Assembly: GCA_002633005.1 (NCBI GenBank)
Contig: NMRA01000359.1
Span: 62,001 to 126,000, forward strand
Direction: 5' to 3'
Origin: Phoronis australis
Taxonomy: Eukaryota > Animalia > Phoronida
DNA length: 64,000 bases
A program made the translations under genes and the position numbers. Below, one piece after another: positions 10,429-22,090 of the stretch. Under the pieces are notes generated by a model. That model did no database searches and was not told the origin of the DNA. It worked only from the letters and a program-made list of their open reading frames with translations. The first letter of the stretch is position 1. Each line of letters opens with the position of its first letter.

Positions 10429-13400
10429 TTTCAGCTTACAACACACTAAACAATCCCTAAATCCAACGTAGTTGAGTTCTCTACTAACCTATCTTGCCGC
10501 AGAATACTCGCCGATGGAAAGTGGTGGCGACAATTGTTGAAAAACAGCACAAAACAAAAGTAGAATAGAACAGATTCGCACGGTAAAGTCAACGCAAAAC
10601 CAAGTGGCGGAAAACGCTTTCCTCCTAAAATGTCACTTCCGGAGTAGCGGACGAGTAATTTATAAAATTACGAAAAGCTGTAATTAAGTGGAAAATATGT
10701 CTAGGATAACCAACTAACCTTATTTTAGCTCAAAATGACATGGAAAAAGGTTGCCTTCGCCTTTAAATACTCGCTACACACAGTAATTGTTTCAAAGCGG
10801 TCGGCTGCTATAGCGAAGCTTGTGAGTTCATTTCCGCGCTACTGCAAATTTCTTCAAAATTGCATTTCTCGCCGGAAAGTCCCTTTGAAGTTTTCGTGTC
10901 TAGTAAGGTTTTTAATATTCTAGTGTGAAGTCAAAAACCTGATTGGAGGTTGACTTGCAAACAGAGTTTGTTGTCCTTTACCCTGACTTTTTCCTATCCG
11001 CTTGGCTTGTTTTTAATAATGCAGAAAAAATGCACTTTTAGTGTTACTACACGTCTTTTTAACGAAGGTACCAAGGTGGCTGGTTCAGCGAAACACATCC
11101 ATACATTTTTACATAGGGGTGTGGTTCGCGTATAAGCTCAGCAGTGACGATTTTCGCTTGGAGGGCGGAACACTAGTGTCAGGGGCGCCATTTCAACTTC
11201 GTAGCACTCGTCGCACGGTCTCAGTGCAGTTGAACACTGATGACAACCTTCCATTACCGCATAAAGTCCAAGAAAACTTGATACGTATATGCAGTTTTTC
11301 ATGGCAAATGTACTTAAAGTTTAAAAATTCTAAGTTCTCGGTTTCTGTCTATAAATTTAAGAAATTAAGGCCTCGTCAAAATAAGCATCACTTGCCGATT
11401 TGTTTATTTTTTACAAGATAAATCTAATGTTTCATATTAAGTGACACTCTCTCAGATGTTGCCTCTGATTTTGATATTTAATCTCTTTTACCACGCTTGT
11501 AAAAGTATACGTCCTGTTATGTTAAGTAGCCTCTCTTGAAGGAGTGGCCCAATAATAGAATCAATTGCCACGTTTCCGTGTTTTTGGTTCTTACCTTTCT
11601 TTTTATATCGGGGAACACTTCTAAGAAGAGGTCACTCTGAGCGGGGCCCAGGGCAATATTGTCTCTACGTGGTCCTCCTAATAATCCGGCACTGCCAACC
11701 GAAGCGGCATGATTTGCGAGATACCTGTAAGATTCAGTTTAGAGTGCGAGTAACGTTAGCAACTGCATTTTGAAACTAACCAGTATCGCAAAGAAATGAA
11801 AGTGTGTCAGCAGCGGTCAAAGGTTATCCAGATGTCAGTTTTGTGGTCTCCCGAGACTAGTGAGGAAATGAAATTATCTCCGTAAGTGGCTATCGATTTT
11901 AGTCTTTTCAAATCATTCCGTCTGGTTATACGTTCAGTTTACACTGACGATCATTGTTTTTATTTGGCCTTTTCCTGTGTTGTGTGCACCACTGGGCCAA
12001 CTATTGGGAAGATTACTTAATCTTTTGGTCAGATATATTTATTATGTAGATTATTCTGTGGTTCTTCCGCGTTCAATGACCATGGAATCAAGCCAAAGAA
12101 AACACAGGCGCGGCTGAAGCTAATCATCTCTTCTCTGAAGTAAGTCTTAACAGTATTTTTGCACCTCTGCAGTTTATGTGAGGTTTGGTTCATCACTACA
12201 TTGAAAGAACCAATGTTGGGAAACCATATGAGTCAGTTTAAAAAGTGATTAGATTACTCGCCTATAATGCTTTGCTATTCGATTTAGAATAATATACTTG
12301 TCTTTCTAAGTTAGTTTGAGTATCATACGAACTTGGGTTACCAGAAATGTTCAAACTAACGTATTTCATGTGATGGTTAAGACGGAATCCTGAATATTAA
12401 CAAAACCCTTAACAGAAGAGCCACTAAAATGTTCAGGCGTTATAGATTGATGAATAAGTTTGCTTGAGTAGAACGCTTTCTGAGACGCAGAATCTGTTGA
12501 GGATACGAAACTTTTCATTATTTACGATCTGCACGGAAAAGGAACGAAATAACGAACACCAATAATGAAAACAGTTGTGTGTTCAGAGGATTTTGCTGAT
12601 GTACACGTATGAATTAATGTATTCTTTATTTTTTGCTAATTATGTGAGTGTTTATGGATCATTTGAATCGTCAACCAATAAAATAAAAACTGCCACTTCA
12701 CCATCTGTCAGAAACACAAGCGGACTTAATCACAATTTCGAAGGACCAGTGTTTGTCTAAATCCTAAAAACACCATTGCATTATTGCGGCACCGTATTTA
12801 TGTCTTGTACAATGAGGGCCTGCCTCCAGCCAATCCGCATTTGAGAAATCTACAATATTGCATCAGCTGATCTGGGGTATTGCAAGGCTTCAACGTCAGT
12901 CTCTAAGGTACAGACGCTCGCAGTAGCCCGTTGGTTTTGGTCATGGCCAGATAGGGGCTTGCCCCCCCCCCCCTTTCTCCAATAAATTCGCCTTAATATC
13001 GTACGCATTCAAAATAACCAAGCTTTTCGTGACAACATTCGCTACTGGTTACAAAAATTGTGAGCGTCCATGAATACAAAAAGTCCCAATGGCTACATTA
13101 CAAGGGAACAGGGTCGGTATGGCTCTTTCTCTCCCGTCAAAGCCATGTTTCATGTCACGTCTGTTTTAATTATTTCTTAATCCTGTGGTTGTAAGATATC
13201 GGAACCTATGACATGCTCACAGACAGCACCTGCTTAGGACAAAGGCATTTCTTTAAATTCAACGAGTTTATACTGTTTGTCATTTCAATGCAGATAAGTG
13301 CCTTCTTCTAATTCCATGTTTCCCCATTGATGCTCTTCTGCAAAGTCGTTCCGGTACGACTCTTTTAATGGAATTACATGCAGTGCATAGCTATACATGG

Positions 13401-13689
13401 CTTTTCACTATTGACTTATTCTAACCAAGTCATTAGGCTGGCTAATTGTGCCGACTTGACTCGCGGCAAACCACTAGCATCGATCCTAGTAGACTGTCAT
13501 GACTCAGTGCTACATTTGATGAAGACCTTTAAAGTCAACACTACAGATGGTAAGTTCATTACAGCCCAATTACTTTGCAATCAGACGCAGTTGCAGCGAA
13601 TCTGGTGAACATTTGTAAAAAAACGCTGTAAGTGAAGTGACATTGAAACCAAGAAACGAAACAACGAGGTGCAAAACTTTTACCGTACC

Positions 13690-13980
13690 ATTACCGACAC
13701 TACTGCAATCAACACCACAACCCCTACCATTAACATCAGTAGCGTCACCAGCATCATCTTCATTATCACGACTATGACCGCTATCAATAACATCATCGCC
13801 ATCGTTTTTATCACTTTCGCCATCATCGACACCACTACACTGCCACCATCGCCACCACAATTACCACCGTCTACTTACGCCATCACCACAGTCGTAATCG
13901 CTATCACAACAACGTCGTACTCACTGCCATCACCGCTATCATCGCTATGTCACCATCAATACCTTCTCCCTGCGACCACC
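13690..13980. repeat. Degenerate (CAT/CAC)n trinucleotide low-complexity tract; similar tracts at about 17770-17920, 22110-22290 and 22540-22740
   Basis: Runs of catcatc/caccacc giving His-, Thr/Ile- or Asp/Val-rich spurious ORFs. Confidence 0.8.
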
Positions 13981-16129
13981 GGCATGTCATATTTGCTATA
14001 TCCAGGCCTCGGCTCATGCACTGTTTGCGGTTAATATTTTTATCGTGAGATCGCAGCTTATTTTGATACCGTCAACGCCTGCAGATTAATTTCAAAGAAG
14101 TGGTGTTTGCTCATGGTTAACTGGTAGCCAAATATTAATGGCGACATCCCTTTTCCATTCCGGCCATTATGTTTTTTCCTTTTGCTGTCACAATTTTACA
14201 AGAAGATTCTACACTCGCTTTCATCTCGGTGCTGTAGCAATTTGTTTACCCCTGGCTGACAGGCCACATGGAACAAATCCTGTCTGAGTCTTCAGTTTAG
14301 AAACCCTTGTTCTCAGTGGTTTGGTCTAAAAGTAGATGCCTGGCTTGTACTTTTCAAAACCCTGGTCAGGTGTACCTTCACGTCGTGGGTAACATGTTCG
14401 ATGAAGCTCGCCAGTGAAGTTGTTTCCTGAAATGAGAATAAATTCGTTTGTGAAACTAAACTTGAATTATGCTTGATGTACATGTAGTGCTCATGGCAAT
14501 TTAATGGAAATATGCTATGTTGTTGTTCAGTTTTGATACGAAAGTAACACAGTAACGACACAAAATGTGATTAAATCATTGCACCACACTTATTTTGTAA
14601 CCTTTTTCACGTTTTGTAAGTAAAACGTTCATTACTGTTCGATACACCACAATGCGTTCCCGATCGGATAAACAAACTTAAATTTGCGTTCGCGATCGCT
14701 TATCGTTGCGTTCTCGATCGCATCTTTCAACAGAAAAGCGTCGAAAATCAGAGATCCTGACAAAACTACAAAAAAAATAAGCGTTGCGTTATATTTTCAC
14801 ACGTCATTTCTTCATAACTCCATGGTCAATTTATTGATTTAGTGCCAAAAATACCGGCAATTTGCCAAAATGACATTCAAATCACCTTCGACTTAAGCGA
14901 GGCCTCGGTCAACGTAACTTTTATCCTTTAATTGGGAGAGACACTAGCCTAAACCTTTACCTGCCCTTCCTAAGTGTGTTACGCCTTGAACACATGTCTC
15001 TGTTTTCACATTGGAAGTAAAAAAAAACAAACACGAAAATTCATCATATTTACTCACCTTGCCTGGCTTCGCTTCTCGCGCCAAATTTCGTTCTCGATCG
15101 CCTTCCAGTCGTTCTCGATCGCGGGTTGGCCGGGGTGGTGTACACTTGGTCCCTCTGCCTGGTCCTATATATCTTTTCACCACGGTGTACAGAATGTTTT
15201 GGTTTCGTGAAACTGTTTTCAGATGATTTGTTTCCTGATACATTTGACGTTTTTCAATTGTTGTCAACGTGATTCAGCTTAATAAAGTAATACTTAATTG
15301 TTTATTGTCGCTTTTAATAATAGACTATGAGCTGAGAGCACCATCGTTCGGCAGTTTTTCTCGTAACGAGACAGAAGACATGTTTATTTCCGGACTAAGA
15401 GTACAGGTCTTCGTTCTTAAACAACTTGAGGCTGCTATTACGCGATCATCTGATATTCAAGTGTTTACGCCCCGTCGGTGCTCCTTATGCTCTTGAATAT
15501 TTGGTAGTTGTCTAAACCCTGTATACACGCCAAACTTTTTCGTATACGACTTTTCCTATGGTAAAAAGGTGTGTGTAAGCAGATGTTCCAACAAAAAAAT
15601 TTGCTGGTGGCGTGACTCATACCCAGATGTGCACAAATAGGCCTATGGTTTCACGAAACTTATGACCCAAGTTCATGTGACGAAATCAAGAAGGGTTTTA
15701 AATTATCTTAAGAAAAACTCCAGAGACATGTTAAGTGCCAGAAAATGACCAGGATGCATGGAAATTTCCCTATTTGGCTACAAAAACAAAAAATTGTCTT
15801 ACACGGTTGGGGGAACCCCCCCCCCCTCCCGACCTCCCCCCGCTCGGCGCCACGCGCCTCGGACTCGACCTTTGCGAGAATCCTAAGCCCCCCGCCTTAA
15901 TGAAAACGTAGATCCGCCACTGGGGCTGGTCTGGAGTTTTGGAGGTGGGAGCGGTACTCCCTGTTCTTCTAAAATTATACCAGGAAAATTAAAAACAGTT
16001 TCGTTACAGATACACCTGTTTGCAATCATTAACTTGCTGTGTTTCATTCAAAGTAATTGTTCTTACTTATAATAACCCATTCGTCGACATTCAAACATTG
16101 AGCAGTGTTCTTTTGGCTCATAATCCCTG

Positions 16130-16550
16130 TTCAGTTAACGAAGCCAACGAGAAAATGCCACAATTTTGTATCTCGTACGCATGTCTTATCATCTCGCTGT
16201 CTCGTGGGTACGACTTTCAATAGCCGAGTCGCGGCGAGAAAATTTAGCCAAGATCACGTGCTCTCATTGAAATTACATAGCGAGATCTTGCTTATCTAAC
16301 GAGACATTAATATTACTGAACTCGACCTGGTCCTCCTATTATGGCAAAGTATCTCGTAGTAAAAGGCTACTTTGTACGTAGTATTTCGTATCTCGTACGT
16401 ACGACTCTGTGTATCTTACGCACGATTTATTCAGTCGTGCCTACGACTGGTACTATTTTTAATACGACTTATTATCTCGCACGTACAACTTACCATCTAG
16501 TACGTGCGACTTAATTTGATGCTTTTTTCAGATAGTGGTTAAACGGCCAC
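16130..16550. repeat. Interspersed repeat rich in ATCTCGTACG/CGAGAT subrepeats (probable MITE)
   Basis: Recurring atctcgtacg / tacgact motifs in both orientations. Confidence 0.4.
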
Positions 16551-18130
16551 CATGCAGCTCTATGACGTCATAAATATTCAGAATGTGTCAAAAGAATTTT
16601 TAATTAAGTTACGTCAATCCTTTTGGTGCATTTCTCTCAAGTTTCAACCTCAGCATTAAAACAAAGGAAGTAGATCCAATATTCCCATAATGGTTATACA
16701 AAGTTCCAGATTGGAACAAATAATGACTTCACTCCACCAGTGAAAGCGTCACAGTTCAAGATACACTTGTAAGTAAAACAGATTCGTCGTTTAATAAAAT
16801 TCGCAAGTCATCACCTCTCGAAATGACAGTAGAAACATTTCTTGGAACTCATGAATTTTTCTTGAATGCACTACGCTTGCTCTCGTATAGGATTGAGTGG
16901 ATTAACTGTCGCCACAAAAAATCTTGTTCCTTGGGGCATGATAAACGATAAGGAAAACGGCCTTCACAGCCCATGCAGAGACATATGCATACAGTCTTAT
17001 AGGCTTAATTTTCATTTCTGACATTAGCTGATTATAGTTTATTGATTTTGGTAGAAAATAAGGTTGACTATTTTCCGACAAAGCTAAACATAGACATGTT
17101 GTGAGTTATATCCACTGTAGGCATTGAATATGAAGTAAATTTCTTCAAGTGTCGTATTTTCGTAAAAATAAGTAGCACGATCTGACAATTTTTTTCAATG
17201 TGACCCTTTCTCAGACATTTTCAGAACATTTAAAACGGAAACGTCAAAGGCAGATTAGTTGACAGTTACGTAGCTTTAAAGGTTCGTTGCCTTTCACCCC
17301 AAAAAAGACAACAGTACTGATGTGTGATGTGCAGTAAAGACCTTTCTGTATGTGTCCATTGTAAACAAAAAATAAACAAAAAATCAGAGCAACAAAGTGA
17401 CCGACAGTAATAAGAGATGATGGATGGAGACAAAATTAGATAAATCGTTTGATGTATAATGTTCCTGGTGAAAATCGCATTATTTTCAACTTGTGACGAA
17501 TGCATGTGTCACTTAATCTTTAATGGTGCAAATCGATCAAGTACAAAAAGGTAGGCATGAATATTGATTGAGCTGACAGTAGTATCACCACCATCCCCGT
17601 CCGTATCACCATTGATGTGTGGGATATCTGCAATGGATTGTGGGACACCTGTCAGTCAAGCAAAAAGGAACCAACAAATGTAAGTAGAGAACGTATGTCT
17701 ACACTTGTAGCCAACAGATGGCGTGGATCGAGCATATCCCACAATTCTCTACCAGTCAAAAAGTCCATCCTCACCATTGCCGTTATCGTCACAGTCGTGC
17801 TCACAATTATTCTCGTCATCATCGTCAACAAAAGCATTATCACCACTTCCACCGTCACCATCACCACCACCCACACCATCATCGTCTTAATCGTCGTAAC
17901 TATGCATGCAATCACTGCCACCTTAAACAGTACACACCATGGATTTTTGCACATTTTGAATTACCGGTGGCCACAAACTAAATGTATGACGTAAAATTTA
18001 GCTAAACCCATGTTTATTTTGTGTAATTAACTCGAAATTTTGATTTTTCTTTCAATTTTGCCAATTTTCACATTTCCCGCCATGTGACGTCATGGGTTGA
18101 ACACAAGAGATTAGTGACTAGCATTGAACA

Positions 18131-18392
18131 ATGGTGGAAAGCAGGGAATTTGAAAGCGACGACGATTATGAGCAAAAGTTGAACGAATACTATGAAGAAA
18201 CGCACGGGAATGGTGGCCAGGATGAGGAAATGGGGTTGCACGAAAGCGAGAATAAGTTTAATGTGCTTCCGGCTGCGTACTTTTCTACTTTGAGCCTTAC
18301 GAACTGGATCCTCCCGCGAGAGAAGCGGGCTCGGCGAGTCAACCCAGTCATCCAACAGACGATCCTGAACTAAGAGCTGATGTTTCTGAATG
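18131..18392 (+). pseudogene. Decayed KolX-like 5' stub
   Basis: Acidic MVESREFESDDDYEQKLNEYYEE...; after a frameshift FYFEPYELDPP...PELRADVSE*, parallel to YMFEPEY...RRGDTSW of the 10428(-) stub. Confidence 0.5.
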
Positions 18393-18439
18393 ATAAATAT
18401 TGTCCTTTATTGAACCAGGCCTTCATCGTAACGTCTCTT

Positions 18440-18645
18440 GTGACTGGAGTCGAAACGCGAGTCCTCAAAGTGGGCAGAACACAGAGTGGCCCCGGACCGA
18501 ATCGCTTGGTCCACGATGACCTCCCACACTCTCGTTCGGCGCACGAAGCGATACCACTTCTGCGCAACTTTGGTATCCTTCGGAACACCGAGACGTTCTC
18601 CGCCTGGCTACTGTTGCTGCAGCCTCCGGAAACACATCTTTTGAT
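18440..18645 (-). pseudogene. Decayed THAP domain
   Basis: Manual translation with one frameshift: KRCVSGGCSNSSQAENVSV/PKDTKVAQKWYRFVRRTRVW...ATLCSAHFEDSRFD. Confidence 0.7.
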
Positions 18646-18896
18646 CCCTCTACGAACCTTCTCGACGCAAAATGTATTTTGCTTTCTCTAATTCACTCAG
18701 TACACTTTGCATAACTCTCTGATCCGAACCGTATGGCGAACGACTTGGGTTCAACCCATGACGTTGTACATAATTATTATTTTTTTCAATTTTTGCGTGT
18801 TCCTTTATTAGCTGTGCACTAGAGGCACTGAAATCTAGTAAGATATAATAATAAAATTTATTTTGAGGTACAAGAGTCATGTTGTGTACACTTTAA

Positions 18897-19164
18897 AGGC
18901 GAAGGCAACCTTTTTCATGTCACTTTTAGCAAAAATAAGGTCTGTTGATTATCCCAGACATATTTTTCACTTAATTACAGCTTTTCGTAATTTAATTAAT
19001 TTCTCGTCCTCTACTCCGGAAGTGACGTTTTGGGAGGCAAGAATTTCGCGCCAATTTCTTTCCATACAGTCAGACTGTGAGAGCTATCAAGTCAGTCATT
19101 GTTCTATCTCGAATGTGATAAGTTCGGTCGTCGTTTGCTTTTGTTTACAAGTCAGTCAACATGC
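18897..19164 (+). mobile_element. Diverged left-end copy of the 9070-10762 Kolobok family, truncated at the transposase ATG
   Basis: TTAA|AGGCGAAGGCAACCTTTTTCATGTCAC...CCGGAAGTGACGTTTTGGGAGG...GTCAGTCAACATGC is collinear with 9070-9338. Confidence 0.85.
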
Positions 19165-21500
19165 ACTACACGATACAACTACATCCCCCTTGTCAAGAAA
19201 AGGGTGAACAAAAACTACGAAACACAGCCAACATAACTGACTAGTCTAATAAGAATCACAAAGTATGTCACTAACAAATATCACTAAAAATGTCACCAAA
19301 CAAAAATCACACAAACTCCGCCCTTCAATTGTTCGGGTCTTAAAATCTTCAGTCCTGATCTCATGGATGCGTTCGGCTGAACGGTATTGGTAGTAGTGGT
19401 GGTAGGTTTACCCGTGATAGTGGCTAGTGATATTGAATCTGTAAAATGGCCAAGTTTGGGATTGAGTCATGCAGTAGGCATCTTTCCTCCTGAGACGGGC
19501 ACCATTGAGGGCACACAAGTGCAACATAGATGCCCAGGTTGTCGTCTTTATCAACAACCGTGTCGGGGACCATGTCTTCTTCTCCTTTTTGGAATTATGG
19601 ACGTTCTGGCCTGAGAAGAGTGGTGGAAGCCAAGGTAAGCACGATAAATGTCGTTAGCTCTTTCCTCAAGCTGCTCCTAATGCTCATATCGTCAAGGAGT
19701 GGAGCAGCTAGGAATATTGGTAGCTATTACAGAACTAAAGGACGTTCCACAGGATGTGGACGTTTCGCATCGGTGGGTGTAGGTCTAAGCTGGACATTCG
19801 AATTCTTGACAAAGTGGACATGATTGGTATTCCCATCACACACTTTTACGGACCAATCTTCTGGTTTTCTTCACACTTTGGTGGCTGTCATGAAGTTGTC
19901 GCAAGATGTCTTAAGATTTGACGTTTGTTGAACAGAACACCTGCTTCGGCGGCTAACTCGTCTCTAAATGACCAGTAGAGTCTTGCACGTTCAGACAGGT
20001 GTTTGATGTTGTGAGGCCATCCTTGGTCAACTACCTCTTTAATAAGGTTGAGTATTGAATCTCGTGTGGTTTCTTCTCGAAAAAGAGTTTGTTTGGATTC
20101 CGAGAAGTTGATGATGGCAGGTTTTAAAGTAGTAGCATTGCATCTTCAGAAGCATTCCTTCGAGTCTTGTCGATGCGGAGTGCAGTGGCTTTGAACAAAT
20201 GGTGACAAGTGGTTTGTGGTCCGTAACGATAACATATGGTTTGCCTAATAGGTACGTGAGATATCTCTATACTCCATATATTAGCATCAATATTTCCCTC
20301 TCGATGTTTGAGTAACAGGGTAATTTGACAGGCGGTAAGTGTCACAGAGACAAATACCACAGGACTTCAGTCTTAGTACGACCCCGAGAGGCTTCGTCCT
20401 CTAGGGTACGAGTCTTTGCCCCATCATAAAACGATGGTGTGAGGTCAGTCGTAAACAGGGGTTTTAAGTCTTGGTAGCACTTCTCGTACGTCTGGTCTAA
20501 TGAGCATGTGGAGTCTGCTTGTAGGTGGGCCTTCTCAGCGAAGTGAGGTATGTACTAGGGCATACAGGTGAGCATGCCCATAAATCGTTGCAGATCTTCT
20601 TTATTCCGAGGGAAAAAGCATCTGGTGAATGTCGCAAATAGTGGAGGGTCAAACTTAAATCGTAAAGAATGATATGATTGGCTGCTTGATCACACACTTA
20701 GAGCTGTTGAAGACTAGTCCAGGTTTTGTTGCACAGACCATCTGCCGGCAAAGGTTTACACTGTGTTCTTTCACTGTTGCACTAAGGACAGCAACGTCAT
20801 TAGTGATGCCTATAATATCAATTAGACATTCCAAAATCTGATGCATCCTTGCTTTGAAAAATGCCTATGGGCACACAAAGCCTGAAAGGATGTCTCGTCC
20901 AACAGACACTTCCGAAGGGTGTGCGGCAACTTGTAAAAAATTGTGACTGTTCGTCACGCTAGACCGACCGATATCCGGCTTTTGCGTCAATTTGCCGAAC
21001 ATCTTTAGATTTTTAAGGTGAGGCTTGAGCTCTTCTAGCGTGGGAATCTTGTGAGGAAATTTCTTGAGACTGGCATTCAGCTTTTGACGGTCTATGCACA
21101 TTTCTTTATTAGCAGAGTATGTTGGGCTAGAGCACTAATCAATGTGTTCGTCGACCTTTCGAAGGATTCCTTGTTCTCAGTATCATACCATCAGTTTTGG
21201 CTATGAGTTACTCACGCATGTAGACGTTGACTTTCCTGGGTGGATCGATGAATGGTTGTGCATCGGGTTTGAGATGGACTGGGCCTATGCCGTCAAAGAC
21301 AATCAAACTGATCTAGATATTCGACTTTCAAATGACTAATATTAGTGGTCCTAGTTTTGCAAGTGACAGTGTTAGTCCGTAGATTGGAGGGTTTTCCGGA
21401 CATCAGTTCAGGTTACAGTTCAATGCATGGAAAAGATTTACAGTTTAACCATTGTCACCATGTACAAGTAGTAATGCTGGATGTGATAAGAGGATAGTGA
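19165..21500 (-). mobile_element. Decayed Ty3/Gypsy LTR retrotransposon (pol remnants, PPT and start of 3' LTR)
   Basis: CIDRQKLNASLKKFPHKIPTLEELKPHL...MFGKL and MHQILECL..IIGITNDVAVL...GLVFNSSKC are Gypsy RT motifs; polypurine AAGGGGGA (19191-19184) followed by TGT. Confidence 0.75.
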
Positions 21501-21699
21501 ACGACGACTTGGGTTTAACATTAATTTTGCGACATATTAGTTAGCGAGAGCGAATCACTAGGCGATATGCTGCTACACTTACGACCATATTAACGACGAT
21601 CGGGCGCTCGGTCTTCAATAAAGCGGGTCTCAGAATCATCAACCTCACGTGACTTCCCATGAAATTTGAGGTGGTGATGCTGTAAAAACATTTTAAAAA

Positions 21700-22090
21700 T
21701 CTATACGTCTATTTGCACCAACCCCAAGCCAATTAACATTGGCACGACGTTTCGGTCGGTCACTCCCCAAGCCTTCTTCAAGTGTTACGGCGTTCTTAGA
21801 AGAACGAGTATGGCCACTCGTGGTGGGCACTTTGATTGCATTTTCCCTTATGCACGACGGAGTTTAAAGCTGATGCATTTCAATTGTCAGTCATTCGTTC
21901 TAAACACTACTCATCCACTAATTTCGAGAGAAACTTACAGTCAAAGGAGGAATACCCATGTGTAGCTGCTCGCTATGCTTACTGAAGAAATTGTCACTTA
22001 GATGACCGGAGAAATGGTCCACCAAAACGTTGGGTCAATGTCAATGTCAATATGCTAGGGATTGCGGAAAATAGACCAATGGATTTTAGT
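21700..22090. repeat. Element bounded by inverted Penelope pLTR/hammerhead-like sequences; second copy at about 34656-34975
   Basis: TGGCACGACGTTTCGGTCGGTCA...CCTTCTTCAAGTG and an inverted degenerate copy about 250 bp downstream; same arrangement at 34.7-35.0 kb. Confidence 0.5.

Larger units (their letters stand above)
9070..10762 (+). mobile_element. Young internally deleted Kolobok-type DNA transposon with about 142-bp TIRs and TTAA TSD
   Basis: TTAA(9066-9069)|AGGCGAAGGCAACCTTTTTCCATGTCATTTTGAGC... and ...GCTCAAAATGACATGGAAAAAGGTTGCCTTCGCCT|TTAA(10763-10766); near-perfect inverted match 9070-9211 vs 10621-10762; encodes convergent THAP and Cys-rich gene stubs. Confidence 0.9.
17927..18892 (-). 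mobile_element. Third Kolobok-type derivative (old), convergent KolX-like stub (+) and THAP stub (-)
   Basis: TTAA(17923-26)|ACAGTACACACCATG vs CATGTTGTGTACACT|TTAA(18893-96), 12/15 inverted match; internal coding remnants listed separately. Confidence 0.7.
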
